Part shown: positions 1-12,430 of the stretch, in pieces
Layout: every line of letters begins with the position of its first letter
How positions within the stretch are numbered: the stretch's first letter is position 1
NCBI GenBank assembly: GCA_964658305.1
Contig: OZ210885.1
Location: 22,258,001 to 22,322,000 of the forward strand
Reading direction: 5' to 3'
Source: Leptogorgia sarmentosa
Lineage: Eukaryota
DNA length: 64,000 nt
The notes under the pieces: model-generated
Database searches by the model: none
What the model was told of the DNA's origin: nothing
Seen by the model: only the letters and a program-made list of their open reading frames with translations
Translations under genes and position numbers: made by a program

Positions 1-99
1 TTGCAATTAATAAAGCAAAACCAATACACTCCCCTACCACCCCACCCTAAGGAAAATTGGAATTTACCACCCAAAATCTGGGTGGCTCATGACCAGCCC

Positions 100-157
100 C
101 AACCAGGGTCTCTTTCCTCTGCGGGGAGCAACGATCAAGACCCTGGGTATGAGGCTG
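100..157. mobile_element. Short palindromic MITE remnant (CCAGGGTCT...AGACCCTGG type)
   Basis: Inverted repeat ccagggtct (104-112) / agaccctgg (138-146) followed by gtatgaggctg; resembles short palindromic repeats common in cnidarian genomes (recall). Confidence 0.4.
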
Positions 158-1349
158 TCTCAATGCATGCTAATCATCACTTGCTGTCCTGCTGGATTTG
201 GAACACTGACATCCATGTGGTCACTTGATGATCTGATCGATTTTAGTAGCGAAATTACAGTTAAGTTTGAGCCTGTATTTTTCGTACCAAGAAGCTTGTA
301 AATGAGGTTCTTTTTATAACTAGTGGGCAATATACAAAGCATATCCCTTCAGCAACAATAGCTTTTACTGCTTGTATTGACAATGTTGCAATTAAATATC
401 TTGTTTTCCCAGTCCCTCTAACGCTTCTTCCAAACCACAAATACAATTTTCCCATTTGGAAAGAACTTAAGTATTTAGTAAATGTGTTCTGACATCAATG
501 ACATCTGACACATATGTACCGTTATTGGCTTGACGCACTGAGATGTGTCCTTGCCACATGGATCCCATTCTTCCAACGAAAATCGCAGGCTCAGGAAACA
601 AGACTGGTGGTTTTGGAGTTTGTCTTCTTGCTTAGAATGAAAATCTTTGAGGACATCCTTTGTTGAACTGTAGATGTCATATTGTATATTAGTATGCTTG
701 TTAGTTGATTTCCAGAGCTTGTTTATGGATTTATTTGAGAGTTTTCAAGGAATTTCATAGTACATTCAGGGAGGATATTCTGACCAAATTTGTTACCTGT
801 TAAATACATGTTACTTATCGCTCTGTAAATGGGTATTTACCGCCCAGGTTTTCCAGAGCAATGCAACAGTAAAATACCAGGATATTTTGGACAGGTTGTA
901 GCACCTGTACCAGGGGCTGCGGAAGCGCCTCAATATCAGAATCGTAATACTTTCCTAGATATTTAGGAAAGAAGACAAATAGGATTAAAGCCAGGATATT
1001 CAGTGATACATTTTAGGTTTGCATGTTGACCAACTTCACTGATAACGGGTTTACTGTTAAGTGCATGTCCACATTCATCTATTTCCATGCAGCAAACACA
1101 TTCATATGCATTACTGAGATGTTCTATGCTACAGTTTCCACATTTGCACCTATAATAATATTAATATATTTTCAAATCAAATTGATACTGATACTGACAG
1201 AAGAAAAGGATCAACTCGGGTAAACAAGTATGAGACTGTGACTGTATTTATTTACTCACCATTTGCTAACTTCCAAAGAACCATCAATCTGTTTAAGGAA
1301 TTGCAGTTTGACTTCACGGCGCTCATTTTCTTCTTTCTGGTATTGTTTT

Positions 1350-2540
1350 AGCCAAGGATAAAGTCAAGAGAGCAAATTTTGTAACTGTGTTAGCTGACGG
1401 GGCAACTGATGCAGCGTGCATAGAGAAAGAACTCATCTATATTCTTTTCATAGATCCAGATGTCTTTAAAGCTTCACTTGCTTTTCTAAGTTTGAAATCG
1501 GTGGAATCGCAAGATGCGCAAGGGATCACTGGCGCTATTATCCATGCCTTCAAGGAATGTGGTATTGAAGAGAAACTGCAGAGAATTGTCTTTTTCGAGT
1601 CTTATGGTACTGCAGTCAATTCAGGTTTGCGAGCTGGTGTCATTTCCCTATTGCAACGAAGGTTTGGCAAGCACATCAAGTTCTTTTGGTGCATGAATCA
1701 TCGACTTGAACTAGCTGTAAAGGACGCAATTCAGAACAACGTGGAGGAAGTGGAAACTGCATTGCAGGATTTATACTACATTTGTCAGAACTCTGGAAAG
1801 CGACTGAGAGAACTGAGGAGTTTGCATGAAATCCTGAAAGAGATGTACAGCTTTGAGAACAGACAAGTTAAGCCTTCCAAATCGAGCGGTACCTGAGGGA
1901 TTGACCATAACTTGCGAGCCATGAAAGCTTTTATTGACAAGAGGGGATTGTATTTGGCACATTCAGAACGTCATTGCAGATACCAGTAAGCAGAATGACA
2001 AGGCGACTCTTGAAGGGAAGAGGCGACACATAGCAAAAGCTTCTGTGTTGCTAAAGTCTGCCATGTATGCTGACATCATGGAACCAGCTCAGCTACTTTC
2101 CTTGGTCAATCAGAAGACAAGCAAGTTGATGCAGTTGACAAAACCCTCAAGAAATATGAGATTATGAAACATAGAGCAGAAGAATCAGATGCGACTGCTA
2201 CGTCCGTGTTGCCAACTGTAAAACATGTGCTATCTGTGGTCGAAGAGGAAGGTCTGTTTGCTGTTAGCCAACAACATCAATATCAAGGTATACCTGCGAC
2301 ACATCTCCAGTAGGGCAAGGATGCAGTTAACTCCTTGATGCATCGCAATATTGTAGCCATCTACCAGTCACTGGTGCGCCGTTATGGGAGTTTGGTGCAT
2401 GACAAAGGTGAATTGTCCAAAGAAACAAAGGACACAGATGAAGTAGCACAGAGCGTCGTCAAGCTTGATTACTTGAGTTTGGATGAAGGATGTGACTGAG
2501 GTCAAGCTGTCGGTACAAATGGAAGCAATCTCCAATGCTC
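1350..2540 (+). pseudogene. Decayed hAT transposase, ZNF862-like
   Basis: ORFs 1387-1896 and 1934-2167 with LADGATD...EKELIY, WCMNHRLELAVKDA and KRLREL motifs of hAT/ZNF862-type transposases; stops and frameshifts. Confidence 0.75.
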
Positions 2541-2929
2541 CTGTCGGGTAATGCATAAAAGGATCCAACAAGAACATCACCTAAATGTCACAGCTATTAA
2601 TTCAAATCCAGGCATTATTGGATGGTGGTATTTGGAATACCTGTTTGAAAGCAGGGTTATGGCTTCTATCATTCGGGTAGACAAAGTCACAGAAACTGGG
2701 ACTATGTGTCATGAACATTTACTCGTAATAATATATATTTAATATGAACAAAAGGTTTACAATAAAAGTAAAATAAAAAAGTGCAAACTGTCCTTGCACT
2801 GACTTTTCCATGTGTTTGCAATTTCAATTGAAAAACAAAAACTTCCACCCTTTTCCGCAAATGTTCATCACACTCCCGAGGATATCATTTTGAGATAACA
2901 CAAATGATAATATAACTCAACCTAAGACT

Positions 2930-5900
2930 GACTTGGGTAGATCGGCAACTGTATTCTCCCGTTCTTCCAAAACATCATCTTCCATGGACGTAGACTGTAG
3001 CTCTAATGGTATCAAGTATTGTAGGGGTAGCCTAAAAGAACTGATCTTCCTTCATCACTATTAACAACACAGACCTTCGCGGATCTAATTTCGTTGTCCC
3101 GGCTTGGAATCAACTCTTCAATCCTGGTTAACTTGCACAAACAACACACCGTCTTGTCGTCCTTTAAAAGCACAAGATCTCCAACCTAAACCACATTATC
3201 AACAGACCCTTTCGACAATTCCCGTAAACTTTGGAGATACTCCTTGCGCCATTGATGTGTAAACTCCTTCAACAGACGTCGATGATACTTCTGTCTACGA
3301 GTGAGAGTTTGATGGGTGCTACTGATTCCAAATTGCTTATCACTCGGCGTGGTAGCGATTGTTCGTCCGTAAAAAAGTGACGAGGGTGTGAGTGGGTATG
3401 AAATACCTTGTTTGTCATCGTACAAATATGTCAGGGGTCGATTATTCAATGTAGATTCAATCTCTATCAATACAGTTCGCATCTCCTCAAATGATACGAT
3501 CTCGTCCCACCATTTTCTTCAAACAACGTTTATTCCATTATGATGAACGGCCTTGTGATGCTCTAACATGATGAGATTGGTAAAGGGGTGTTCCAGAGGA
3601 AGGAGCATTGGATGTTTCTCGGACACGGACAAAGAGTATTCTTCAATTCGACAACAAATAACGCTTTCTTCATCTCTAAACAACCCCAACTGCTTGACTA
3701 AAATAGGTTTCTTTTCGCTGTCACGAGAGCTCAGGAAGGAATAGACTGACATTTGATCGGCGCGACTCTTGTTTTTGATGCGACAAGTGAGACTTTGATT
3801 TCTCCTTTTTGATGCACTGTTCTCAAATATGCTACTGCAGGATAGGCTTTACAAGAAGCCATGTATTTCATAAATCGGGTTACCAATGCTGGTACAGATG
3901 AAGTAGCATCGTGACACTCGGATTGGTTTCATTGCATGTAGACTGTTTATTATTTGGTTCCAAGCTTCCAATAATTTACCCACAAAAGGATCGTCCCAAT
4001 TAGTCCCATCCAGGCATAAGGTTTGAAACAACATCTTCATAACGATAGTAAATGGAGATAAAAGACCCAAAGGTTTGAAAACCTTTCCTGTTAATCGGAG
4101 AACGGAACGTTTCGTCCATGGGAGCAGTTCCACGTAACCCAATTCACTAAAATCGTACTTCCTAAGATCTTGACAGAAGTACGCTTATCTTTAGTGACAA
4201 CGTCAGTACCTGCGTGGTACGTCCCCGGAAGAGGAGTGAGCTCGGGGCTGTTTTCCTTGTTCCTTTTTACAACCACATCCACTACTTCAATATCATGGTC
4301 GCTCCCGAGGGATTTAACGGTGTTCATCGATTCTTGGTCTGGTTCCATTGCTGCTGTCTCGTTGACAACTTTTGAACTTGATGTCCATTTTCGCAACTTG
4401 AACCCACGTCTTTCATTATTTCCTTCGATTTTTTATAAATTTCAATTGCTTGAGACTCATCTCCATCTCTGACTACAAGATTGTCTACCTAAAACGAATC
4501 TTTAAGCAATGCGACGACATGCGGTTCTTTCTGTTCGTGTTTGCTTAAGTGATGCTGGATCAGAGATGAGAATATGGCTGGACTCGGCGTTAACCCGAAC
4601 CCCAATCGGCAAAATTGAAACTGAACAATCACAGGATGTTCCTTAAAGGGATTGTCGAAGCATCTTCTGATCCTCAGGATTTATTATGATCTGGTGAAAT
4701 GCCTTTTCCACATCTGCCGCGATTCCGATTGGATAACCCCGAAATTGTACCAAGACATCGAAAATGTCAGGCACAACTCGTACTTTTGTAGTACTCTTTT
4801 CAGGAAGCACGACCGCATTATGGGGTAAATAGTAATCACATTCCCAACTCTTGTTGCTGCACAATAACCTTCGAATATTCTTTCAAAAGTTCTGGTTTTT
4901 TTCTCAAACGGCTGTGGGTTTGTTGCAACCTACTGACACAAGATTATTAACCACTAGCAATTGGGGCTTCTCTCCTTCCACTTTAAACCTTGCTTGTTAA
5001 TTCATCTCCTTCTGGGTCGATGAGGAAGTCAGCAGGGTAGGTACGCTCAAGTCTCTCAAACATGAGATGGGTAACTGTCTCGTTACTTTCGATGCCATTG
5101 GCTTGGGCATTCCCTGAGATCAACCAACCAACAGGATCTGCAACAGGACCTTTATCCCCACAGTGAATTTCACCCAAAATGATTTCAAAATAATAATCAG
5201 CACCAATCAGAATGTCAATGTTCGTGGCAGAGCTGTCGATCAGACCTTGGTCGGATTAAACCACACCTGGAACTAAACCATCTAGGTGTGGATAACGCTG
5301 GATATCCAACATCATGGAAATAGGAGAGCAAATATTTGGGAAACAAAGTGCTGTAATTTCAATATCTTTGCTCTGACCTTGTAATTGCAGTCGTACTTGG
5401 TCGCTTCGTTATTTTCAGAATTTGTTGTCGCCAAAGGTATTCAGATTTAGTACCTCGATCTTTTCAGGCACCAGTCCGAACTTGCGCTTCAGTAACTTCT
5501 CTGTATAACTCCCTGACTGCCACTATTACTAAAACTGTATCATATCACCAAACCAGTCAGGGTTTCGATCACTCCATTCAACTGAAACTGCACTACTGAG
5601 CTTAACAAATGAATGGTTAATAAACATGGACCAAGGTTTCATTAATGGTGTACTATTCTTAGACCTAAAAAAGGCATTCGATACGGTGGATCATAATATT
5701 CTTTTATCTAAATTGACAGCTTATGGAATAAAGGGTACAGCACACAAATGGTTTCAGTCATATTTAAGGAAGAGACAGCAAATATGTAAAATTAACAATA
5801 AAATGTTGGATATAAGAACAATTACCTGCGGAGTTCCTCAAGGGACAAATCTAGGCCCATTGCTATTCCTCCTTTATATAAATGATCTCCAAATTGCCTT

Positions 5901-7640
5901 GTAACAACAAGCGCCACAATGTTTGCGGATGATACAAGCCTATCATGTAACGGACTATCATCCGTAGATATAGAGAGTAAACTGAATCACGATTTAGAAA
6001 AAATTCACAGATGGTTAACCGCAAACAAGCTGACTTTAAACAGTAAAAAAACTGAATACATGATTATTGGCTCACGACAAAAATTAAATTCTATTGGTTC
6101 AAATACTATAAACATATCAATCGCAGGCGAGCAAATAAAACGAGTTGAAAGCACAAAATCCTTAGGCATTATTATAGACGAACAATTAAAATGGGAAGAA
6201 CATAACAATAAACAATGTAAAACAATCTCAGCATGTTAAGAAGAGCTAGAGATTTTGTTACACAAGATGTTTTAATTACAATGTATAATTCACTTGTATT
6301 TCCTCACTTTACCTACTGCTCAACTGTGTGGCATGACTTTCGCGCTGATCATATTAATAAATTATATAAGTTACAGAAAAGGGCTGCTCGTGTAATAACA
6401 AGATCCAGTTACGACATACGATCAACTAACATTTTTGAAACCTTAAACTGGAGACCTATAAAAGACAACTTAGACGAGCGCGATCTTGTAATGATATTTA
6501 AGGCCCTTAAAAGCCTAGTGCCCGAATACCTAATGCAGACAATTAACTTGAACGAAAACAGCAACCATCAATTACGTAGCAACAGCAGAAATATTTACCT
6601 ACCTAAGCCAAAGACAAATTTTCTAAAAAATAGCTTTCCCTATCAAGGAGCTATGAATTGGAATAACCTACCTAATCATATTATTGATCAAGTATTAATA
6701 GAAGATGTCACTGTCAACTCCTTTAAGAATGTCATAAAACATATGTCTTAATCCATTGATCCTGATCTATAGTGCAATTAATTGTATCCATGTAAATAGT
6801 GTGTGTGAGTGGCCTGTTTTTCTCGTTTTTAGATTTCCTTTTCTCCTTCTTTTTTTTTTTCTCTTTCTCTTCAATTATGTAAATATTTTAATGAACTCAC
6901 GGCCCTCTGAAAAACAGATGTACTTCTGAAAGGCTACCGTGATTAAATAAGATTTAATAATAAATAATAATAATAATAATAATAACTATTCATTAAAACT
7001 CTCACTGGTACCACTGACAACTTCTTGGGAGAGTATGCATACGTTGTTGCAGTTTGTAAAAGGACTTTGCAGTTACTTCAGCTGCGGTTGTTGAGATCTG
7101 ATTCACTATGACTGTGTTGTCATTTCTTGAATTCGAGCCAGCAGGCTTATGATTATTCTCCTCGGGTTTAGATTCAGCAGCTGATTTCCTAGGGTCAGGA
7201 GATCTTGTTGTACCTTGATAACATATGGATTAGTGATGGGCTCCCTGACAACAATGACATTTCCGAGATGGGTAACACTGGTTACTACAATAATTGCTTA
7301 GATTTATCACCATCGCAAGCAGATATTTTCAACAGCTCGTCCATGTGAGCAGCCACTATTTGTTGTGTTTTCCCGAAGCACTCTTGCAGAATGTCAATCG
7401 CTTCCTTGTAGTTGTTCTCGGTAAGGGCAAGCCCCTTAATCGCACAAAGAGCTTGTCCTTCCTTAATTACACTTGTCAATTGTTGTAAGTTCCTCGTTAT
7501 GGAAGACTGCACTCTGAAACGTATCCCAAAACGTGCGGTAATTGGTGAAATCTCGCTTAAATTTCGGTAAAATGAGCTTGGGTAATTTGGGTCTCGTATG
7601 TTTCCCATTCATAGTTGTTTGCGACACAGTTGTCAATATG
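2930..7640 (-). mobile_element. BEL/Pao LTR retrotransposon relic #1 (gag-protease-RT-integrase), split by a LINE
   Basis: gag-like PKLPKLILPKF...FWDTF and LTENNYKEAIDIL (7285-7714); YYLPHNAV and DVEKAFHQI (4643-4864); PLGLLSPF (3849-4142); EIESTLNNRPLTY...WRKEYL (3186-3482); heavily degraded. Confidence 0.85.
5528..6984 (+). mobile_element. 5'-truncated CR1/L2-group LINE (RT plus 3' tail)
   Basis: FLDLKKAFDTVDH, GVPQGTNLGPLLF and FADDT motifs; (AAT)n tail ending at 6984; TSD ACTATT at 5522-5527 and 6985-6990. Confidence 0.92.
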
Positions 7641-7964
7641 CCGCCAATTGAAACGTTGTTTACATTAGAAGACCATACTGCCTGGAAAATCAAAAATGTG
7701 ATTGGCAACTCCATCGGGGCAATGCTGTTTCTTTCTGTGCTCTAATTCGATGAAAATTCCAAATCCTTTCCCTGAATGTGTCTAGCTCCTTCTGTACTAA
7801 TGTCACCATAAAAAATGCAAGAAGCATTCTGGAAAAGTAAAGGGTGTAAACAAAATAATTATTTCTTTGATGAAAGCTCAATTATATAGGTTGAAATTGT
7901 CCAATTCTAACACAATATTGTAGATAATGGAAAGTCTGCAGTAACTGGATTTTTGATTAATTCA

Positions 7965-8200
7965 TTACAGATCATAATGGCTAAAGGTTTCCATAAAGGT
8001 GAAGGCCACATGAAATATCTTTTTATGTCTTCTCGTCCTGGAAGTTATAATTATTCCGCCATTGAATTGCTCATGTAGCTCTTCCCACCACCTTTCGATA
8101 TAAATTTCAACACATCTTATCTGATGCAAAAGTTTTAACTGTAAAAAATCATATCTACAAGCTTGCATCCAGCTTTTGCCCTTCTTAATCCGAACAAACA
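7965..8200 (-). pseudogene. Possible integrase-like fragment
   Basis: Short IERWWEEL motif similar to rve integrase-core signatures; otherwise degenerate. Confidence 0.25.
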
Positions 8201-11032
8201 ATCAAAAAATATAAATCAAGTTAATCAGCATGTGTTTTTTACACGTCACATCCTCCCGCTCGCAGGTGATTAGGACCTACTTTTCGGGTCAGATCTTACA
8301 AACTGGCCCCTATCGAGTATAAACATATGCCCAGTAACTAGAACAAGTACGAGTTCAATTGGTTTCGTGTAACAATAACAAATATATAAACGTTTGTATA
8401 TGCCAGATCATCGACTTCTTTCGCTTCTTCAACTAGGCACAGTTCACAGGCATGTCCCTTAAATTTCCCGACATTCAATCTAATCATAACTTGACGCACC
8501 ATTCCGTCCTTATCTGCAAAAACTTCCTCGACCACTGCCATAGGCCACTGCCTCGTGAACATCTCTTATCCACCAGTAACACCAAATCTTTGACCTTTAA
8601 GTTCCTTCTGGGTTTCAGCCACTTCTAGCGCTGCTGCAGACTAGGTAGAAATTCACCCAACCATCGTTTCCAAAAGGTGTTAGCTAGAAGTTGAGGTTGT
8701 CGCCACCGCTTGCTATAACGATCTTCACCAACAAACACGCCTGCAGGAAGACACGAGTTGGATCTCAAGAGAAGTAACTTGCTTGGAGTTAGTGGGTCCA
8801 AATCACATACTTGACCTTGGTTACGATTCGATGGGCGATTGTTGAGAATTCTTTCCACCTCGACTAAGAACATGAGAAGTGCTTCTTCGTCAATAACCTG
8901 CTCGTTTGTCACTGCAGTTAATATTCTGTGGATTGATCGAATCATGCGCTCCCACACTCTACCAGTGTGACTGAATATTCTCAAACTCTTCCTTCAAAAT
9001 TCTTGACACTCCAATGAAATTGGTTCCATTGTCACTAAAGATTTCCTTCGGAACCCCTTGACGGGATGTGAAGCGACTGAATGCACAGAGAAACGATTCT
9101 GCATCAAGAGAATGTGCGACTTCTATGTGAGCTGCCTGCATGGCCAAACAAGTGAAGATGCATCCGTATCTCTTGACTTAACTTCGACCTTTCTTCACCA
9201 TCAAAGGACCAAAGTAATCGACTCCCGTTGACGCGAATGGATAATTTGGAACAGTTACACGCGCTGCTGGTAAAGGCGCCATTATTTGTTCACAGGGCGA
9301 CGAGTATTTCTTGCAGCATTGGACACATTTGCCAATGATCCATCGAATCCTGGAACGCCCTTAGAGGATCCAAAATTCACGCTGAATAGCTGATAAAACG
9401 GTACGAATGCCTGAGTGTCCTTCTTGTTTGTGATAGTGCCGTGTCAACAGTTCTACAATGTGGTGCTTGCTTGGAATGATCGCAGGATGCTTGGTGTCAA
9501 AACTTATCAATGCTCTATCCAATCAGCCACCAACTCTTAATAGACCATCGTCCATGAGGAAAGGTGATAACACCGCCAATTTGGTGGATTTCTTCACAAC
9601 GATTTTCGAGGTAGATTGACCGCTCGATCTGTGTTTAAGACAGGTAATTTCATCGGCCCGTTGATCCACTGTTCTATCTCATGTTGGTTGGTGGAACACA
9701 AACCTCTGGAAGCGTAATCTGCAGGATTTATTTCAGTGTTCACATATCTCCACTGCAATGGATTTGAATTGTTGTGGATGGCGGCTATTCGGTTCGCGAC
9801 AACAGTCTTGAACCGACCAGATTTGTTTATGTACTGCAGAACACAGGTAGAATCTGTCTAAAATATAGTGGCATCGATTAGCAAGTCTAGCTATTCTCAA
9901 ATTTGACAATGTTGTTTCATGGCTACTGTCGCTGCAGTTAACTCCAATCTTGGTATTGTTGTTGTCTTCATTGGGGCCACTCTTGATTTTCCCATCACCA
10001 ATGAGCAATGGATCTTGTCATTCACATCAACGAAACGAAGGTAGGACACAGCACCATATCCTTCCGTAGATGCGTCTGAGAAATGATGCAATTGGGTATT
10101 CTTGACTTCATCCAACTGGTGAGATTTGAAATACCTTGGAACCGATATTCGTTGCAAGTTACATTGCATTCCCACGTCTTCAACATATTTGGGGATATCT
10201 CTTCATCCCATTCCACTTTGTCTTTACACAAACGTTGCAACAAGCGTTTGGCGGGTAGAATGAAAGGCGATGCAAACCCCAAGGGGTCATACCTGGAGCT
10301 GACATCCAACAGGATTCCTCTACGGGTTGCAGCCTTCTTTCTGCCGGTAATACGAAAACTGAAGACGTCTTCCTGTACATTCCATTGTACCCCAAGAGCT
10401 CTTTAGACCAAGAGTTTGTCGAGGTTGACAAGAGACTCGGCACGTTCGCTCTCGGGTACTGACGCCAAAACCGCTACATTGTTGCTTGCAAACTTCGTTA
10501 ACCGGAAAGAACGTCTGATCAGGATATCGCATAGCTACTGAATCAAACGAATTGCCTTCTGAGTGTCTGAAACCGACTTAAGGCAATCGTCAACATAGAA
10601 GTTTCGACGTATTGTTTTGATCGTCTCTGGATCAAATTCGCTTTCAAATTCATTGGCTGTCTTACGCAAACAAAACCCAGCACAGCTTCGTGAAGATGTC
10701 GCCCTAATGGGTGAACTGACATATGGTACACTTCCACCAGTTGGTTGTAATCTCCATCTTTCCACCACAGTAAAATCACGGTGTATTGGGGACACCTTAA
10801 CCTGGCAAAACATTGCCTCTATGTTCGCTGTGAAGGTAGTGGGATCTTGACGAAATCTACACAGGACTCCGATGAGTTTGTTTGTCAGGTCCGGACCTTG
10901 TAGTAGCCGGTCATTCAGTGACATATCTTCATATTTAGCAGCACAGTCAAACACAATCCTTGGTTTCTGCGGTTTCTGGGGATGAAAGACCAGATGATGG
11001 GGGAGGTACCAAACATTTCTTTCTTCCGCCTG

Positions 11033-11314
11033 TGTTCGGGATACCTGTGCATGGGTTTCCTGTGCCAAAGATGGCGACTGGACAGCCCTCGTGCTACAAG
11101 TCACGTACGTTGATCGATTTTTGTTATTTTGTTATTCATAAGGGCCATGATCTTAAGTAATTGTTGTTTTATTGTATTAGAGTGATTTGTAATTCAGATA
11201 TTGTATTTTACACTTATTTCTGCTCGTAGTTTGTATTGTATTCGCCGTATGTTGATAGAACTTATTTGTATTTAGTTTTACCTGTGCCTGTACCTATATT
11301 GATATTAAACACTG
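11033..11314 (+). repeat. 5' LTR of BEL #3 (may extend to ~11340)
   Basis: Starts TGTTCGGG; near-identical to 15179-15467. Confidence 0.9.
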
Positions 11315-12076
11315 GAACGAGGGACTGTGGACCAAGAACTGTCAAACACCTTTGTAGATGACTTGCTGTTTGGGCAAGTAGGCGATGATGTCCCACAACC
11401 AAATTTAATTCCCACTGGCTACAACCTCAGGACCCGTAATACCGCTAATCCTAACATCGATTTCGACGAACTACTGCATCAACGAACTGTAAGTAAACAA
11501 TGCCAACTAGCGGCTACCTGGTCTAATATGTGTAAAACTCTACAGTCTCGAATAACCTCTCTAAGAACCAACGTTTATACTGCATTTGATCCTAAAATTG
11601 CTCAAGAAACTGCAGATAGGATAGTGAATGAATGGAATCATTTTGAAGAGATTCATAATGACTATATCAGCAGTATCAAGGACGAAGGACGTCTTGAAAT
11701 CGTCCAGGCTAAGTATATGTCAATCAAGGAATTAGCAGGCAACGTGTTGGATGAGTTTAAAAGACAACTACAAGCAAATGAACTAGCTGCAAGGGATGAT
11801 GTATCTGAAGTAGCCTCGGTCTGAAGTGACTTCAGTCACCTGTCCCGCGCATCATCAAGTTCAAGTCAAAAACAAAAACTAAAAACTATGCTACTAGCTC
11901 AAAGGAAACTTGAACTAGCCAAATCAAGACAATACGAAGAGATAGAGAACGCGAGGATCTTACAAGAGATGAACGCAAGAAAGGAAATACGGAAACCTGA
12001 AGAGGAAGCCGCGCTGGCTGAAGTAGAATGGCAAGTGGAGACTGAATGCGAACCAAACGGGGAGATTCAAGCAGAG

Positions 12077-12430
12077 GTCTACAATGGTCAACAAACGCCT
12101 CCAGCGCCACATGTACCAGTCTACGATGGTCAACAAATGCCTTCAGCGCCACGTGTACCAGTCTACGATGGTCAACAAACGCCTCTAGCGCCACGTGTAC
12201 CAGTCTACGATGGTCAACAAATGCCTTCAGCGCCACATGTACCAGTCTACGATGGTCAACAAACGCCTTCAGCACCACATGTACCAGTCTACGATGGTCA
12301 ACGAACGCCTCCAGTGCCACATGTACCAGTCTACGATTGTCACCAAACACCTTCAGCGCCACATGTACCAGTCTACGATGGTCAACAAACGCCTCCAGCG
12401 CTACGTGCACCAGTCTACGATGATCAATGA
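12077..12430 (+). repeat. 42-bp coding tandem repeat (~8.5 copies, VYDGQQTPSAPHVP) in BEL gag
   Basis: Repeated gtctacgatggtcaacaaacgcc(t/c)...gtacca, visible in ORF 11888-12430. Confidence 0.95.
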
